DNA of 64,000 nt from Macrostomum lignano (lineage: Eukaryota): the NCBI GenBank assembly GCA_002269645.1, contig NIVC01000434.1, forward strand, positions 124,001-188,000, given 5' to 3'. Numbering within the stretch: position 1 is the stretch's first letter; every line of letters starts with the position of its first letter. A program made the translations under genes and the position numbers. This document shows positions 49,880 through 64,000 of this stretch, piece after piece. The notes below the pieces were generated by a model. The model searched no databases, had not been told where the DNA came from, and worked only from the letters and a program-made list of their open reading frames with translations.

Positions 49880-50309
49880 AACTTCTATCTTCTCTTCTGT
49901 TTTCTCACTTCTCTCTTGTCTCTTGTCTCTTCTCTCTCCTCTCATCTCTTCTTTCTTTTCTCCTCTGTCCCCTCTTCTTTTGTCTCTTCCCTCTATTCGT
50001 TTCTCTCTCCTTTCCTCTCTTCTCTCTCGTCTCTGCTCTCTCATCTCTCCTTTCTCCTCTTTTATCTCTTCTCATTTCTCTCTGCTCTCTCCTCTCTCTT
50101 CTCTCTCTACTCTCTACTCTCTCTTCCCTCTCCTCTCCTCTCTTCTCACTCATTACATTACCCTCTCTCAACACTTCCCTCATCTCTCCTCTCTCCTTTC
50201 TCTTCTCTTCTCTCCACTCTTTCCTCTCATCTCTTCTATCGTCTCTTTTCTCACCTCTCTTCTCTCTCATCTTTGCTCTCTTATCTTTTCTCTCTTATCT
50301 CTTCTCATC

Positions 50310-50357
<48 letters not shown>

Positions 50358-51420
50358 TCTCTGCTCTCTCCTGTCTCATCTCTCTTCTCTCTAATCTCTC
50401 CCCTCTTTCCTTTCATCTCTTGTCCTTCCCCTCTTTCCCCTGTCTTCTCGATTCCCTCCCTCCCCTCCTCTCTCTCTTCACTCACTTCTCTCTCCTTTTG
50501 TATCACCTCTCATCTCTTATTTCTTATCTCTCCTCTTTCCTCTGTCATCTGTCATCTTTACTCTCTTATACTCGTATGCTCTCTCACCTCTCTTCTTTGT
50601 ACTCTTCTCTTTCCCCTCTTTTGACTCCTCTCTTTCCTTTCTCCTTTTTCCTTTCTCCTCTTCTCTTCTCTTCTCTTCTCTCCCCTCTTCTATACTCTCT
50701 CCCTCTCTTGTCTTCTCTCTTTTCTCTCACTCTCCTCTCTCGTCTCTTATATCGTCTGTTCACTCTCATTCCCCTCTCTCTTCTGTCATCTCTACTCTCC
50801 TCTCTACTGTGCACTCTTTTCTTTCCCCTCTTCTGACTCCTCTCTTTCCTTACTCCTCTCTTCTCTTCCCTCTTCTATACTCTCTCCCCTCTATTCTCTT
50901 TTCTCGTCTCTCCGCACTCTGCTCTCTCTTCCTTCATCTCTCATCTCTACTCTACTCTCTCATATTTCCTTTCATCTTACTCATCTCTACAATCTCATAT
51001 CTTTCCTCTCTCCTCCTCTTCCCTTTACTCTATCATCTCTCCTTTGTCCTCTCTTCTTTCTCAACTCTCTCTCATCTCTATCTTCTCTCTTCTCACTCGT
51101 CTCTCCCCCTCTTATCTCCTCTCCTCTATCCTTTCTAATCCCCCCTCTCGATACTCTCATCTCTTTGTTCTCTCATCTCACTCTTCTCTACTCTCCTCTC
51201 TCATCGATCCTCTGTCTCATCTCTCCCCTCTTCTCTCTCCATCTTCTCACCTCTACTATTTCCTCTTCCTTCTCTCTCCCCTCCTCTTGCTTCTTTGTCC
51301 CATATTCTCTGCTCTCTCCTCAACCTCCTCGTACGTCTCTCCTGTTATCTTCTATCTTTTCTTTTATCCCCTCTCGCCCCTCCTCCCTTTCTAATAGTCT
51401 ATTTCTTTTCACTCTCATCT
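49880..51420. repeat. 1.5-kb CT-rich polypyrimidine low-complexity tract
   Basis: Strongly pyrimidine-rich on +, includes a (CT)n run; the Leu/Ser ORFs are artefacts. Confidence 0.95.
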
Positions 51421-52119
51421 GGCCCGTAGCCATGAGCTGAATTCTTTATCTGGCCTTTGAGATAAAAATCTGCCGATCCCTGCTTCGAAAGCCAGTTTGT
51501 GGGACGTAGTACTATCATGGTTGTTATCATTTCCCATGCTTTAATCACGTCATCTTTCTGGTCAATTAGCAGCCCTGAGAGAAATTTGTATATCTCCAGC
51601 TCCACCACCACAGTCTGCAGCAGTCTAACAACCATGGAAATACGCATTTCTTAGGAGGCCGTTTAAATTTTAAAGTACCTTATGCGAATCTTAATGTTAA
51701 AATTTTTATGGTGTAACTTATTTAGTAGGATTACATTGTAATAAGTTATTCATTAATTTTTCGATATTTTTATAAACCATCCCACATCGCCTTGATTTGC
51801 CATCCTTGTTTAACTGCTGCAGACTTGTCCATTCAGAGGAAAGGAAAATGGTTTAAAATTGAATCTCTCGCTTAACTGTCTCTCCTCTCCACGCCTCTCC
51901 ACTCGCGGGGGTACAGAGAAGGCTATTAAAAAGTTATTCCAAAACACTGTACATTCGCTATGTACATTCAGTCCTCTCGCCTGACCTTTCGTCTGAGCTG
52001 GGGGAATGAGTGAGTGAACGGCACAAACAACAGAAAAAGCAGACAAAATTCACATGCTTACAGTTTCTGTCCTGATTGAGATACAGAGTTGAGACTTTAC
52101 ATGTAGGCAGAGAATGAGT

Positions 52120-52642
52120 CAATAAAGAATTGTGTCAAATTTGAAGTCAATCGCTTTATTTGGAGCAAACTTATGGCAGCTGAAAGTTAGTCAATTTTGA
52201 AACCCTTTTACACATCTGGGCCCGGGATCGAGAAAGAGAGGCAGGCGGGCGGAGGTTGGGGTGGTTGCTACGCTGAAAAAAACAGCCTAACTTTAAAAGT
52301 GCACAGCGCCGTTCAGGATTAACTTTGAAACTCGAAATTTTACATGATTGTTCCAAAATAGTTGAAGATTATCTGTGTCAAATTTGAAGAGAATCGGTAA
52401 AAGTGGAATGGCGCTATGGAGGATTTAGTGAAAAAATCGCGCATTTTGAGCAGTTTTTTGTACTTTTAGGTAGGAAGACTCAAATTTAGGAAATTTAAAG
52501 GTAGCCTAAGACATTCTCCGTAGTGAGTTTAGGGTGGGTGTAAAATTTGGTGTCATTTGGTTGAGCGGTTTGGGAGTCCATAGCGATCAAAATTGTCCAC
52601 ACACACACACACAGAGTTTTGATTTTTATAGGTAGAGATTTA
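52120..52642 (+). mobile_element. Possible non-autonomous Helentron/DINE-like element 3' part
   Basis: Repeated GTGTCAAATTTGAAG, then AAATTTGG..AGCGGTTTGGGAG..(CA)n..TTTTTATAGGTAGAGAT|TT, a layout I associate with such elements; 5' end not found. Confidence 0.35.
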
Positions 52643-53009
52643 ATATCTCAACATATTTTTGAGACTTATAAGAGACCACTAAGCCAACGCGTTACAATTT
52701 TTCAATAGATTGATGCCGTATATTTACAGCTTTTTATAAAGGACTTTGAAGATCTTCGACCTACGAGTAAATCCTCCCTCTATGCATGAGATTCCCATTG
52801 ACTGATTTTCTCCAGTTCCTGCCTCAAAGCTTGAGATTCCCCATCAAGAATTTGACCTGCTTAAAAGACTCTAAATTATACAGATCTGTGCGTGCGTGCA
52901 AATAGGTAGCTAATAATACGAGCAATATCAGTACAAATGTAATATAATTAATAAATAGTTTTAAATTTGCAATGTTCATGGAGGATTAATGAATCAGTTG
53001 AGCGATGGT

Positions 53010-54440
53010 TCACACCAGCTCTTGACCTTTGTCTTCGAGCAATTTGTGTCTCGTGCCCTCGCCATTGCCGCCTCCACTCAGAGCCGCTGAGCTCTGAACA
53101 TTGTCGATATTGTCGTCCACAGCTTCATCTTTGACGGCGGCAGCGTCATGGGAGTTCCCATCAACTTGATGCTCTAACTGCTGCTGCCGTTGTTGTTGTT
53201 GTTGGTTTCGTTGACGTAGGTGCCGACCGAGTACCACTGCTCCAGCAATGAGGCAGATTCCGCCAACTACAGCTGCTGCGGAGCCGAGGCCCAGTGGCTC
53301 GAGGTCGCTACGGTCGCGGACTAGCAGTTGGCGGACTGCGATTGTGTTTGTGATGGGTGCGCGATTGTTGATGTTAATATAGAGGGGAAAGGGGTTTGAG
53401 AGACTGGCCTGGGGTGGAGAGGGGTTTGAGAGAGGCCTGGAAAGGAGTGGGGTTTGAGAGCCTGGCCTGAGGAGGGGTGGGGTTTGAAAGACTGGGGCTG
53501 GGGAAGGGTGTAGGGGGTTGGAGAGACTGGTCTGGGGAGGGTTGGGGTTGGAGAGACTGGCCTGGGGAGGGGGGTGTAGGAGACAGGCCTGGAGAGGGGT
53601 GGAGTTGAGAGACTGCCTGGATAAAAGTGTGTGGGGGGTTAAGAGACTGGCCTGGGGAGGGGTGTAGGGGGTTGGAGAGACTGCCCTGGGGAGGGTTGGG
53701 GTTTGAGAGACTGGTCTGGGGGGGGGGTTGGAGAGACTGGCCTGGGGAGGGTGTAGGGGGTTGGAGAGACTGGCCTGGGGAGGGGTGTAGGGGGTTGGAG
53801 ACTGGCCTGGGGAGGGTTGGGGTTGGAGAGACTGGCCTGGGGAGGGGTGTAGGGGGTTGGAGAGACTGGCCTGGGGAGGGGTGTAGGGGGTTGGAGACTG
53901 GCCTGGGGAGGGTTGGGGTTGGAGAGACTGCCCTGGGGAGGGGTGGGGTTTGAGAGACTGGCCTGGGGAGAGGTTTGAGAGACTTGCTTTGGGAGGGATG
54001 GTGGTTTGAGAGACTCCTCGGCTGGAGTGGTCCGTTTTAAAAGACGTGTCGTGGGAGAGACATAAATTCCAAATCCTACACAGACCTGGCTCGGGCTCCT
54101 CTCCTCTGCAACGGGGCTCGCGGGCGCAGATATCAAATCTGGCGGCCCTCTGCTCGGCAGTCTCGGACACTACCTGGTGAGCAGGAGTTGTCGGTGCAGC
54201 TGCAATTGATGAAGCGTTCCAGTCTCCGGGCGGCATGATGGCAGCCAGATAATCTGCGCAGTTCGGACAGGCCCGGCACCGTCCGGTCGCTTCATCTCGA
54301 TAGCGACTCTCGCCGCAGTCGCCTGAGTCTCCGCGACTGCCTCCGCCGGCGCCGCTCACATGTTGGACTTGAATTGCTGCTAGTAGCAAGAGGGCCGCTG
54401 GCGGTAGCAGTAGGTGCAGTCGGCTTCCCATCTGGACCAT
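53010..54440 (-). CDS. TNF-receptor-like type I membrane protein with one Cys-rich domain (226 aa spliced; 476 aa if the intron is read through)
   Basis: Signal peptide; CGESRYRDEATGRCRACPNC...C..C resembles CRD1 of TROY/XEDAR/TACI-type receptors; exons 54440-54086 and 53335-53010 (phase 1); TM AAAVVGGICLIAGAVVL followed by RHLRQR; no death domain. Confidence 0.65.
   Translation of the reverse strand: MVQMGSRLHLLLPPAALLLLAAIQVQHVSGAGGGSRGDSGDCGESRYRDEATGRCRACPNCADYLAAIMPPGDWNASSIAAAPTTPAHQVVSETAEQRAARFDICAREPRCRGEEPEPGLCRIWNLCLSHDTSFKTDHSSRGVSQTTIPPKASLSNLSPGQSLKPHPSPGQSLQPQPSPGQSPTPYTPPQASLSNPLHPSPGQSLQPQPSPGQSPTPYTPPQASLSNPLHPPQASLSNPPPRPVSQTPTLPRAVSPTPYTPPQASLLTPHTLLSRQSLNSTPLQACLLHPPPQASLSNPNPPQTSLSNPLHPSPAPVFQTPPLLRPGSQTPLLSRPLSNPSPPQASLSNPFPLYININNRAPITNTIAVRQLLVRDRSDLEPLGLGSAAAVVGGICLIAGAVVLGRHLRQRNQQQQQRQQQLEHQVDGNSHDAAAVKDEAVDDNIDNVQSSAALSGGGNGEGTRHKLLEDKGQELV
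53385..54010. repeat. G-rich degenerate minisatellite in the TNFR-like intron
   Basis: GAGAGACTGGCCTGGGGAGGGTGTAGGGGGTT-type units. Confidence 0.85.
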
Positions 54441-54689
54441 CCTGACTGGTTTTGATCGTTGATTATTGAATTGGAGTTATTACATTAGCTCGCACTTTTC
54501 GCACAAACATTTACGAGCGTATACCTGTAAGCTCAATACTCAAAGGTCATTAACTTCAAAACTCAAAACTCATGCTCAAAACTTCATTAAATTTAGCTTT
54601 AATATATATAGTGAAATTTTTAAGCTTAGTTTCTAAAAGATCTTAGAGATTTAGTATATTGTGAATATCAGGTAACAAGACAACGGGCC

Positions 54690-55150
54690 GTTGACAAAAC
54701 TCGCAGCCACCAGTGTGTGGCTTCAAAGCACAAGGAGAGGCACAATGGGCTGCATGACGCCCATCTGCCGGCGATCCCGCCCTGCCGTCCTCTGTACTTC
54801 CCCCGCCCTCCGCAGGGGACATGGCTGTTTTGCCAGGAATCGTCAGCTCCAGGAACAAATCCGCAATGAGGAATGCTCATTCAGCCTCTCTGGTGTTGAG
54901 AATGCGGAGCACTTCATCTGTGAATGCCCCGCCTTTACCCAGGACAGGCTCACCTACCTCGCCCCAAACTCGGACCTCTCCGACGTTTTCAGGCCCGAGA
55001 ACCTTTGCCAGCTCGTCCGCTACCTAAGGCCTACCGGGCGAGCGACAATCCACCTCCTGGACTCTCCGGAGGGGGGACCGCGCTGCGGACACCGCGACAC
55101 CGATGGATCTCCCAGCATAGCTGCAGCTATCGTATTTGCAGCTGAATAAA
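54690..55150 (+). mobile_element. 3' fragment of an RNase H-type LINE, degenerate
   Basis: [29 protein letters not shown] is the same C-terminal zinc-knuckle region as the LINE at 42-43.7 kb. Confidence 0.75.
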
Positions 55151-55879
55151 ATCGATACTTACTTTTTCAAGTTGAAATTCTAATAAAATAGTGACAACTT
55201 GGTAAAAATTCAAAACAGCGCGAAGGTCTTGTCAGTTAAGCTGCCCTGTTGTGCATTTAGTTGTTTTTCCAAAATACAAATGCGCAGTATAATTCTGTAG
55301 CTATATACAGCGTATACGCAGCTGCAAGTACAACAGTTAAAGCAAAAGCTGTAGAGATCGAGAACAGAAAGGAAAGAAAAGTTTTGAGCCAATACCAGTA
55401 AGGGGAGGCGGTGGCAAGCCGCTGCTATGAGTTCGATCTATAACACTGGTGAGTGTACATTCAACCAATTGCTTCAGTTGTGCTGCCTTTAGCCATAAGA
55501 AACCCCTGTCTTTTTTCAAGCGCTTCGACTACTGAATGCAAATGGAGCTGAGGGCTTCTATATGCCTCTGCTACTGACCATTAAAGTGCATGCTTTTCTT
55601 TGCCTGCTATTCTGTGTATTGTTTTAACACTTCTTGTGGAGTACATGTGTACACTGTAGCTATGAATGCTAGTACATTTTAATTTGATAGATAGATGCTT
55701 CAATATACTTTGGTTGAAAAAGAACTTACCTTATCCTGAGTGCATTTTTAATGCATATCTGCTTCGGCCTTGGGCTTGCGCTTACTGCAGTCTGCAGTGA
55801 CACAAGCAGGAATTTAAATTTGAGGTTGTCCCTAATTGTCTTCTCTGCATCTTGATGGATCTCTGTTGTCCACGTTTGA

Positions 55880-56275
55880 GCCCCGTGTCTCATGGTTAGC
55901 GCCGCTGTCTCTTGGTTAGCGCCGCTGTCTCTTGGTCAGCGCCCCTGTCCCATGGTTAGCGCCGCTGTCTCATGGTCAGCGCCCCTGTCTCATGGTTAGC
56001 GCCGCTGTCTCATGGTCAGCGCCCCTGTCTCATGGTTAGCGCCGCTGTCTCTTGGTTAGCGCCGCTGTCTCTTGGTCAGCGCCCCTGTCCCATGGTTAGC
56101 GCCGCTGTCTCATGGTTAGCGCCGCTGTCTCATGGTTAGCGCCGCTGTCTCATGGTCAGCGCCCCTGTCTCATGGTTAGCGCCGCTGTCTCATGGTCAGC
56201 GCCCCTGTCTCATGGTTAGCGCCCCTGTCCCATGGTTAGCGCCGCTGTCTCTTGGTTAGCGCCCCTGTCTCTTGG
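55880..56275. repeat. 20-bp minisatellite (CATGGTTAGCGCCGCTGTCT)
   Basis: Tandem units; reverse complement resembles the 2.3-2.8 kb array. Confidence 0.92.
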
Positions 56276-56982
56276 CTCCCCTATCTCTTGCTTGGAGCAA
56301 GGACTACTCAACTATGACGGGAAACCACAAAAATTGTTATTGCTCTCGATAGGAGGCAGACCCTATGTTTATCTGCGGTGTCTTTCTTATAGTTCTATTG
56401 ATATTCATAAAGCTTATGTTGATGTAAAATAATAATGTTTCCCAAACCCCACCTCTCCCCCAGGCCATTCTCTAAGCTTCACCCTTCAACCACTCTCCAG
56501 GCCCCAGTCTCTCAGTGCATAGAATTCTAGATATTAGCCTTATCCAGGAAATTTAAAATGCAGGTTAATATCAATATTTAGAATTCTATGCTCATTCCGT
56601 CAGTGTTTACTGCATCCTCTGTTTACGTTGCCGGATGTGTTTATCACAGGTGACAACGGTATCTTGTTATTGAGAGTAAAGGATGCATAATCTGACAATT
56701 GTTAAAGCTGCTGGAAAGCGGAAGCAAAATTTAGCTCTGTAGGGAGAGGCAAGAGAAGTAAATACATTATCCAGATTTGACTAACTATACAACCAAAATT
56801 GATATAGTATACTACCCTTGCTTAAAGCTGTTCTTAGAATCGATTTAATTTAATTTCATAAACATCATCGCTAACTGCAGCCTATACTTGTATACATATA
56901 TAGCTCGTATGGGCATGAAATTCCGCACCAAAATTTGTCTAACAGGCAAGAATTCAAGGCAAATTTGTTCCTTTGCAACAGA

Positions 56983-61515
<4,533 letters not shown>

Positions 61516-61829
61516 AGGCTTACTAGCACTTGAACTATACGAGAGTATATTAAAAAGACGACTACCTATGCATATTCGGTTTTAATTTCAGCTCTACCAG
61601 CTAAACTCAATAAGAAATGAATAGTTTTATATGATCTTGACTAATCAATCAATACTAATATACTCGTATATGTATGCACGTGACCGATATGAGGCAGTTT
61701 TGATTATTTATCTAATCTACATGTTGTATAATAGGCGTATAATTCCTTGTACTCCAGTGGGACCTACCCCATGTTCTCCACTGTGATACCCCCTCCCTCC
61801 CGTGACATCTCTCATGCTCTCTACTGTGG

Positions 61830-62165
61830 CACCCCCCTGTTCCCCGGTGTGACATCCCCTGTTCAACCAGTGTGGCATCCCCTGCTCAACCAGTGTGGCA
61901 TCCCCTGCTCAACCAGTGTGGCATCCCCTGCTCAACCAGTGTGGCATCCCCTGTTCAACCAGTGTGGCATCCCCTGTTCCCCGGTGTGACATCCCCTGTT
62001 CAACCAGTGTGGCATCCCCTGCTCAACCAGTGTGGCATCCCCTGCTCAACCAGTCTGGCATCCCCTGTTCCCCAGTGTGGCATCCCCTGTTCCCCAGTGT
62101 GGCATCCCCTGTTCCCCAGTCTGGCATCCCCTGTTCCCCAGTCTGGCATCCCCTGTTCTCCCAGC
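61830..62165. repeat. 22-23-bp minisatellite (CAGTGTGGCATCCCCTGCTCAAC)
   Basis: Direct tandem periodicity. Confidence 0.9.
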
Positions 62166-63136
62166 AAAGAATGGCAGCCGAGGAGCAGAACAGCAGAAGT
62201 ACCGATTATAGAGCTGTGGCTGGCACAGCAAGATAAAAACACTTTTTATTAGCTATACAAATAATTCCTTTACTTTCAAACGAGCTCATGCGGTTACTAA
62301 CGCATCGGGTGCCGTTATATGATATGCTATTTATAACTTTCGTACAGTTTCAAACACAAAAATTTATTAGCAAAAGTGTTATAAATCGTCACTTTTTACA
62401 GATTATTAATAAGGCCTTTCTTTATACCATTATTGAGTAAAAACTTCAGTTAAATTGCAATAAGAAATATTTTGGCTCGAGACATAAACATGATAAAAAT
62501 GTAATATTGGAAATGTCTATTACAAGTCTCTTTGTAAACACAACATTTGCTACTTATTAAAATAGCAATAGTAAGTTATTAATCGTGAAGGGAATCAGCT
62601 GTTAAAAGGAATTTTACATTGCATAGCAACAACAAGCGACGTTTTGACAACAAAAAGAGTTAATAATAATTATAATCAGTTACTACTATTAAAATTGTAT
62701 ATATTATTAAAAACAGCCAAGGAGGAAATTAACTGGCACAAATTCGGTAATAACTGTTAACCGCACAGCCAGATGGATGATGTTACCTGTATGCCGCACG
62801 GCATCAGACATTACACTGTAGTAAATGTAGCCCTGTCTACAACTATAAAATATGATCATTTTGGTCCAATTATTAAAAGTGCTGTCCTGACACAGCGCAC
62901 AACACAGTTGATGAAAAAACACATTTTTAAGGCTTAGCGCAGATTTTAGCACTGAAGAAGGACTGCAGATGACTGACAGGACAGCGCAGTAATTGCAAAT
63001 TTTACAACATTTCAATAGTATCATACATGAAATCTTCTCCCATGTTCGACTACTATGCCGGCATGAAGGTTGGCCAAGAAAGAAATTAGAAAAATAAGTT
63101 AACTGGTTAGCAATATACCGGCTGGCTAAATGGCAG

Positions 63137-63138
63137 TC

Positions 63139-63179
<41 letters not shown>

Positions 63180-63186
63180 GGCAGAA

Positions 63187-63217
<31 letters not shown>

Positions 63218-63228
63218 AAGACACACAG

Positions 63229-63269
<41 letters not shown>

Positions 63270-63280
63270 AAGACACACAG

Positions 63281-63327
<47 letters not shown>

Positions 63328-63498
63328 GGCAGACAGACAGACAGACAGACAGACAGGCAGGCAGACAGGCAGAAAGACACACAGACAGACGGACAGACAG
63401 ACAGACACACAGACAGACAGACAGACAGGCAGGCAGACAGACAGACAGACAGACAGACAGGCAGGCAGACAGGCAGAAAGACAGACAGACAGACAGGC

Positions 63499-63539
<41 letters not shown>

Positions 63540-63654
63540 CACAGACAGACGGACAGACAGACAGACACACAGACAGACAGACAGACACACAGACAGACAG
63601 ACAGACAGACAGACACACAGACAGACAGACAGACAGAAAGACACACAGACAGGC

Positions 63655-63689
<35 letters not shown>

Positions 63690-63855
63690 AAGACACACAG
63701 ACAGGCAGACAGACAGACAGACACACAGACAGACAGACAGACAGAAAGACACACAGACAGGCAGACAGACAGACACACAACAGGCAGACAGACAGACAGA
63801 AAGACACACAGACAGGCAGACAGACAGACACACAGACAGGCAGACAGACAGACAA
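63137..63855. repeat. (CAGA)n compound microsatellite
   Basis: Tetranucleotide run with GAAA/CACA/GGCA variants. Confidence 0.97.
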
Positions 63856-64000
63856 AATACAAACATAAAAAGAGGAACAGAGGACATACAAAAACACAGA
63901 CAAGCAGAAGTCAGCACTATCAAATCGGTGAGACAACATTGGAAAATCAAACTTATAATTAAGCACAGCACAGCTAGAAGCACATGAGGAGATAAAGTTA

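Noticed and set aside
49779-51440. Leu/Ser-rich multi-TM-looking ORFs
   Set aside because: Translation of a CT-rich low-complexity tract.
62707-63987. Cys-rich (SVCL)n and (RQTD)n ORFs
   Set aside because: Products of the (CAGA)n microsatellite.

Overview
Animal genomic DNA: spliced GT-AG genes, introns filled with minisatellites, many transposon remnants. Gene content and repeat style suggest a flatworm such as Macrostomum (inference). No prokaryotic features or CRISPR arrays. Hand-spliced, frame-consistent gene models: an 11-exon Mx-like dynamin GTPase (1.6-9.8 kb, G4 motif altered to TFPD), an intronless divergent 7TM receptor, an intronless boule, KCTD5-like, VPS37-like, two tandem sulfite oxidases, a small TNF-receptor-like membrane protein, and a secreted fibrinogen-domain protein with a long unrecognised N-terminus. 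Mobile DNA with target-site duplications (TSDs): a hAT derivative, a 5.9-kb foldback element with ~1.5-kb arms around a mosaic of retroelement fragments, a PHD/FLYWCH Mutator derivative, an RNase H LINE and a tRNA-headed SINE. Two CORE-like SINEs and a second LINE fragment have no TSD I could find. Best leads: (1) the foldback element carrying inward-facing pieces of other retroelements just upstream of KCTD5; (2) sulfite oxidases whose first coding exon has no start codon and could use the spliced-leader AUG, with a degenerate spliced-leader-like sequence between the copies; (3) an immune-like set (Mx with altered G4 and a skippable L4-region exon, TNFR-like gene with a stop-free intron, fibrinogen-related protein with an unassigned domain). 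All coordinates were read by eye; frameshifts in repeats could be assembly errors.
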